Shown: in pieces, positions 58,554-64,000 of the stretch
Position numbering within the stretch: the first letter of the stretch is position 1
How the letters are laid out: the number at the start of each line of letters is the position of its first letter
NCBI RefSeq assembly: GCF_009914755.1
Contig: NC_060944.1
Source of the DNA: the human T2T-CHM13v2.0 reference genome, Homo sapiens
DNA length: 64,000 bases
Strand: one strand, 5' to 3'
Notes under the pieces: generated by a model
Databases searched by the model: none
What the model was told of the DNA's origin: nothing
What the model saw: only the letters and a program-made list of their open reading frames with translations
Made by a program: the position numbers and the translations under genes

Positions 58554-59567
58554 ATGGGGAAAAAACAGAGCAGAAAAACTGGAAACTCTAAAAAGCAGAG
58601 CACCTCTCCTCCTCCAAAGGATCGCAGTTCCTCACCAGCAATGGAACAAAGCTGGACAGAGAATGACTTTGACGAGTTGAGAGAAGAAGGCTTCAGATGA
58701 TCAAACTACGAGATACAGGAGGAAATTCAAACCAAAGGCAAAGAAGTTAAAAACTTTGAAAAAAATTTAGATGAATGGATAACTAGAATAACCAATACAG
58801 AGAAGTGCTTAAAGGAGCTGATGGAGCTGAAAGCCAAGGCTCGAGAACTACGTGAAGAATGCAGAAGCCTCAGGAGCTGATGAGATCAACTGGAAGAAAG
58901 GTTATCAGCAATGGAAGATGAAATGAATGAAATGAAGCGAGAAGGGAAGTTTAGAGAAAAAAGAATAAAAAGAAATGAACAAAGGCTCCAAGAAATATGG
59001 GACTATGTGAAAAGACCAAATCTATGTCTGATTGGTGTACCTGAAAGTGACGGGGAGAATGGAACCAAGTTGGAAAACACTCTGCAGGATATTATCCAGG
59101 AGAACTTCCCCAATCTAGCAAGGCAGGCCAACATTCAGATTCAGGAAATACAGAGAACGCCACAAAGATACTCCTCGAGAAGAGCAACTCCAAGACACAT
59201 AATTGTCAGATTCACCAAAGTTGAAATGAAGGAAAAAATGTTAAGGGCAGCCAGAGAGAAAGGTCGGGTTACCCACAAAGGGAAGCCCATCAGACTAACA
59301 GCGGATCTCTCGGCAGAAACTCTACGAGCCAGAAGAGAGTGGGGGCCAATATTCAACATTCTTAAAGAAAAAAATTTTCAACCCAGAATTTCATATCCAG
59401 CCAAACTAAGCTTCATAAGTGAAGGAGAAATAAAATACTTTACAGACAAGCAAATGCTGAGAGATTTTGTCACCACCAGGCCTGCCCTAAAAGACCTCCT
59501 GAAGGAAGCACTAAACATGGAAAGGAACAACCGGTACCAGCCGCTGCAAAATCATACCAAAATGTAA
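58554..59567 (+). pseudogene. L1 ORF1p, disrupted
   Basis: MGKKQSRKTGNSK...QPLQNHTKM*, with premature TGA at 58698-58700 and further stops near 58878-58883. Confidence 0.96.
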
Positions 59568-59630
59568 AGACCATCGAGACTAGGAAGAAACTGCATCAAC
59601 TAACGAGCAAAATAACCAGCTAACATCATA

Positions 59631-63413
<3,783 letters not shown>

Positions 63414-64000
63414 ACAATGAGAACACATGGACACAGGAAGGGGAACATCACACTCTGGGGACTGTTGTGGGGTGGGGGGAGGGGGGAGGAATAGCATTGG
63501 GAGATATATCTAATGCTAGATGAAGAGTTAGTGGGTGCAGCGCACCAGCATGTCACATGTATACAATGTAACTAACCTGCACATTGTGCACGTGTACCCT
63601 AAAACTTAAAGTATAATAAAAAAAAAAAGGGTAAACTTTGCTGAGATCTTTAAAAAAGAGATCAGGTAAAGAACCCAATAAAGTCAGACTCTTGGGTCAG
63701 AAACTAGGTAGGGCATTCCAAGGGGAAGTTTGGCTGGAGAATAGAAAAAAGAAAGAAAATCATCACATGAGCTTAGAAACACTGGAACCACTGATATACA
63801 AAAGTATTTTTATCATAAACAATTATATTTATATTTTGGTTGGTTTGTATTGTCCTACAAACAGTTAGTACAATAGTAACTAACTTGGAATATATATTCG
63901 TTCATTCAACAAACATTTTCTAAACATTTACTATGTACAGATACTATTTTAGGAATGTAGAAAACATTCTAGAGAGCAGTAAACCATTAAAAACCTTCCC

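Overview
This is AT-rich primate (human or great-ape-like) genomic DNA dominated by interspersed repeats. I recognise no host protein-coding exon, RNA gene or CRISPR-type structure. Every long ORF in the track is LINE-1 ORF1/ORF2, Alu, LTR or low-complexity sequence. From left to right: a decayed ERV-L gag-pro-pol remnant (-), several old L1M elements (two nearly full-length but internally deleted, at 11.4-15.8 kb + and 19.7-25.3 kb -), MaLR/ERVL/ERV1 solo LTRs, DNA-transposon relics, seven Alus, a 5'-truncated young L1PA at 29.4-31.3 kb with an open ORF2 C-terminal half, a repeat-poor block at about 44.6-47.5 kb with promoter-like and exon-like signals, and a TSD-flanked L1PA3/4 at 58055-63622. 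The most informative object is that last L1: its 5'UTR is joined precisely at the known +97 splice donor and +622 acceptor, so it is a retrotransposed spliced L1 mRNA (SpIRE 97/622). This is a described class, not a new system. Less explained observations are five non-consensus variants shared by the two young L1 copies 32 kb apart, a composite 5'UTR insert inside an old L1's ORF1, and a candidate non-coding exon with an upstream GC-box/G4. I found nothing I can support as a previously undescribed biological system. Repeat family names come from remembered consensus sequences, not from a search, and boundaries of old repeats are approximate.
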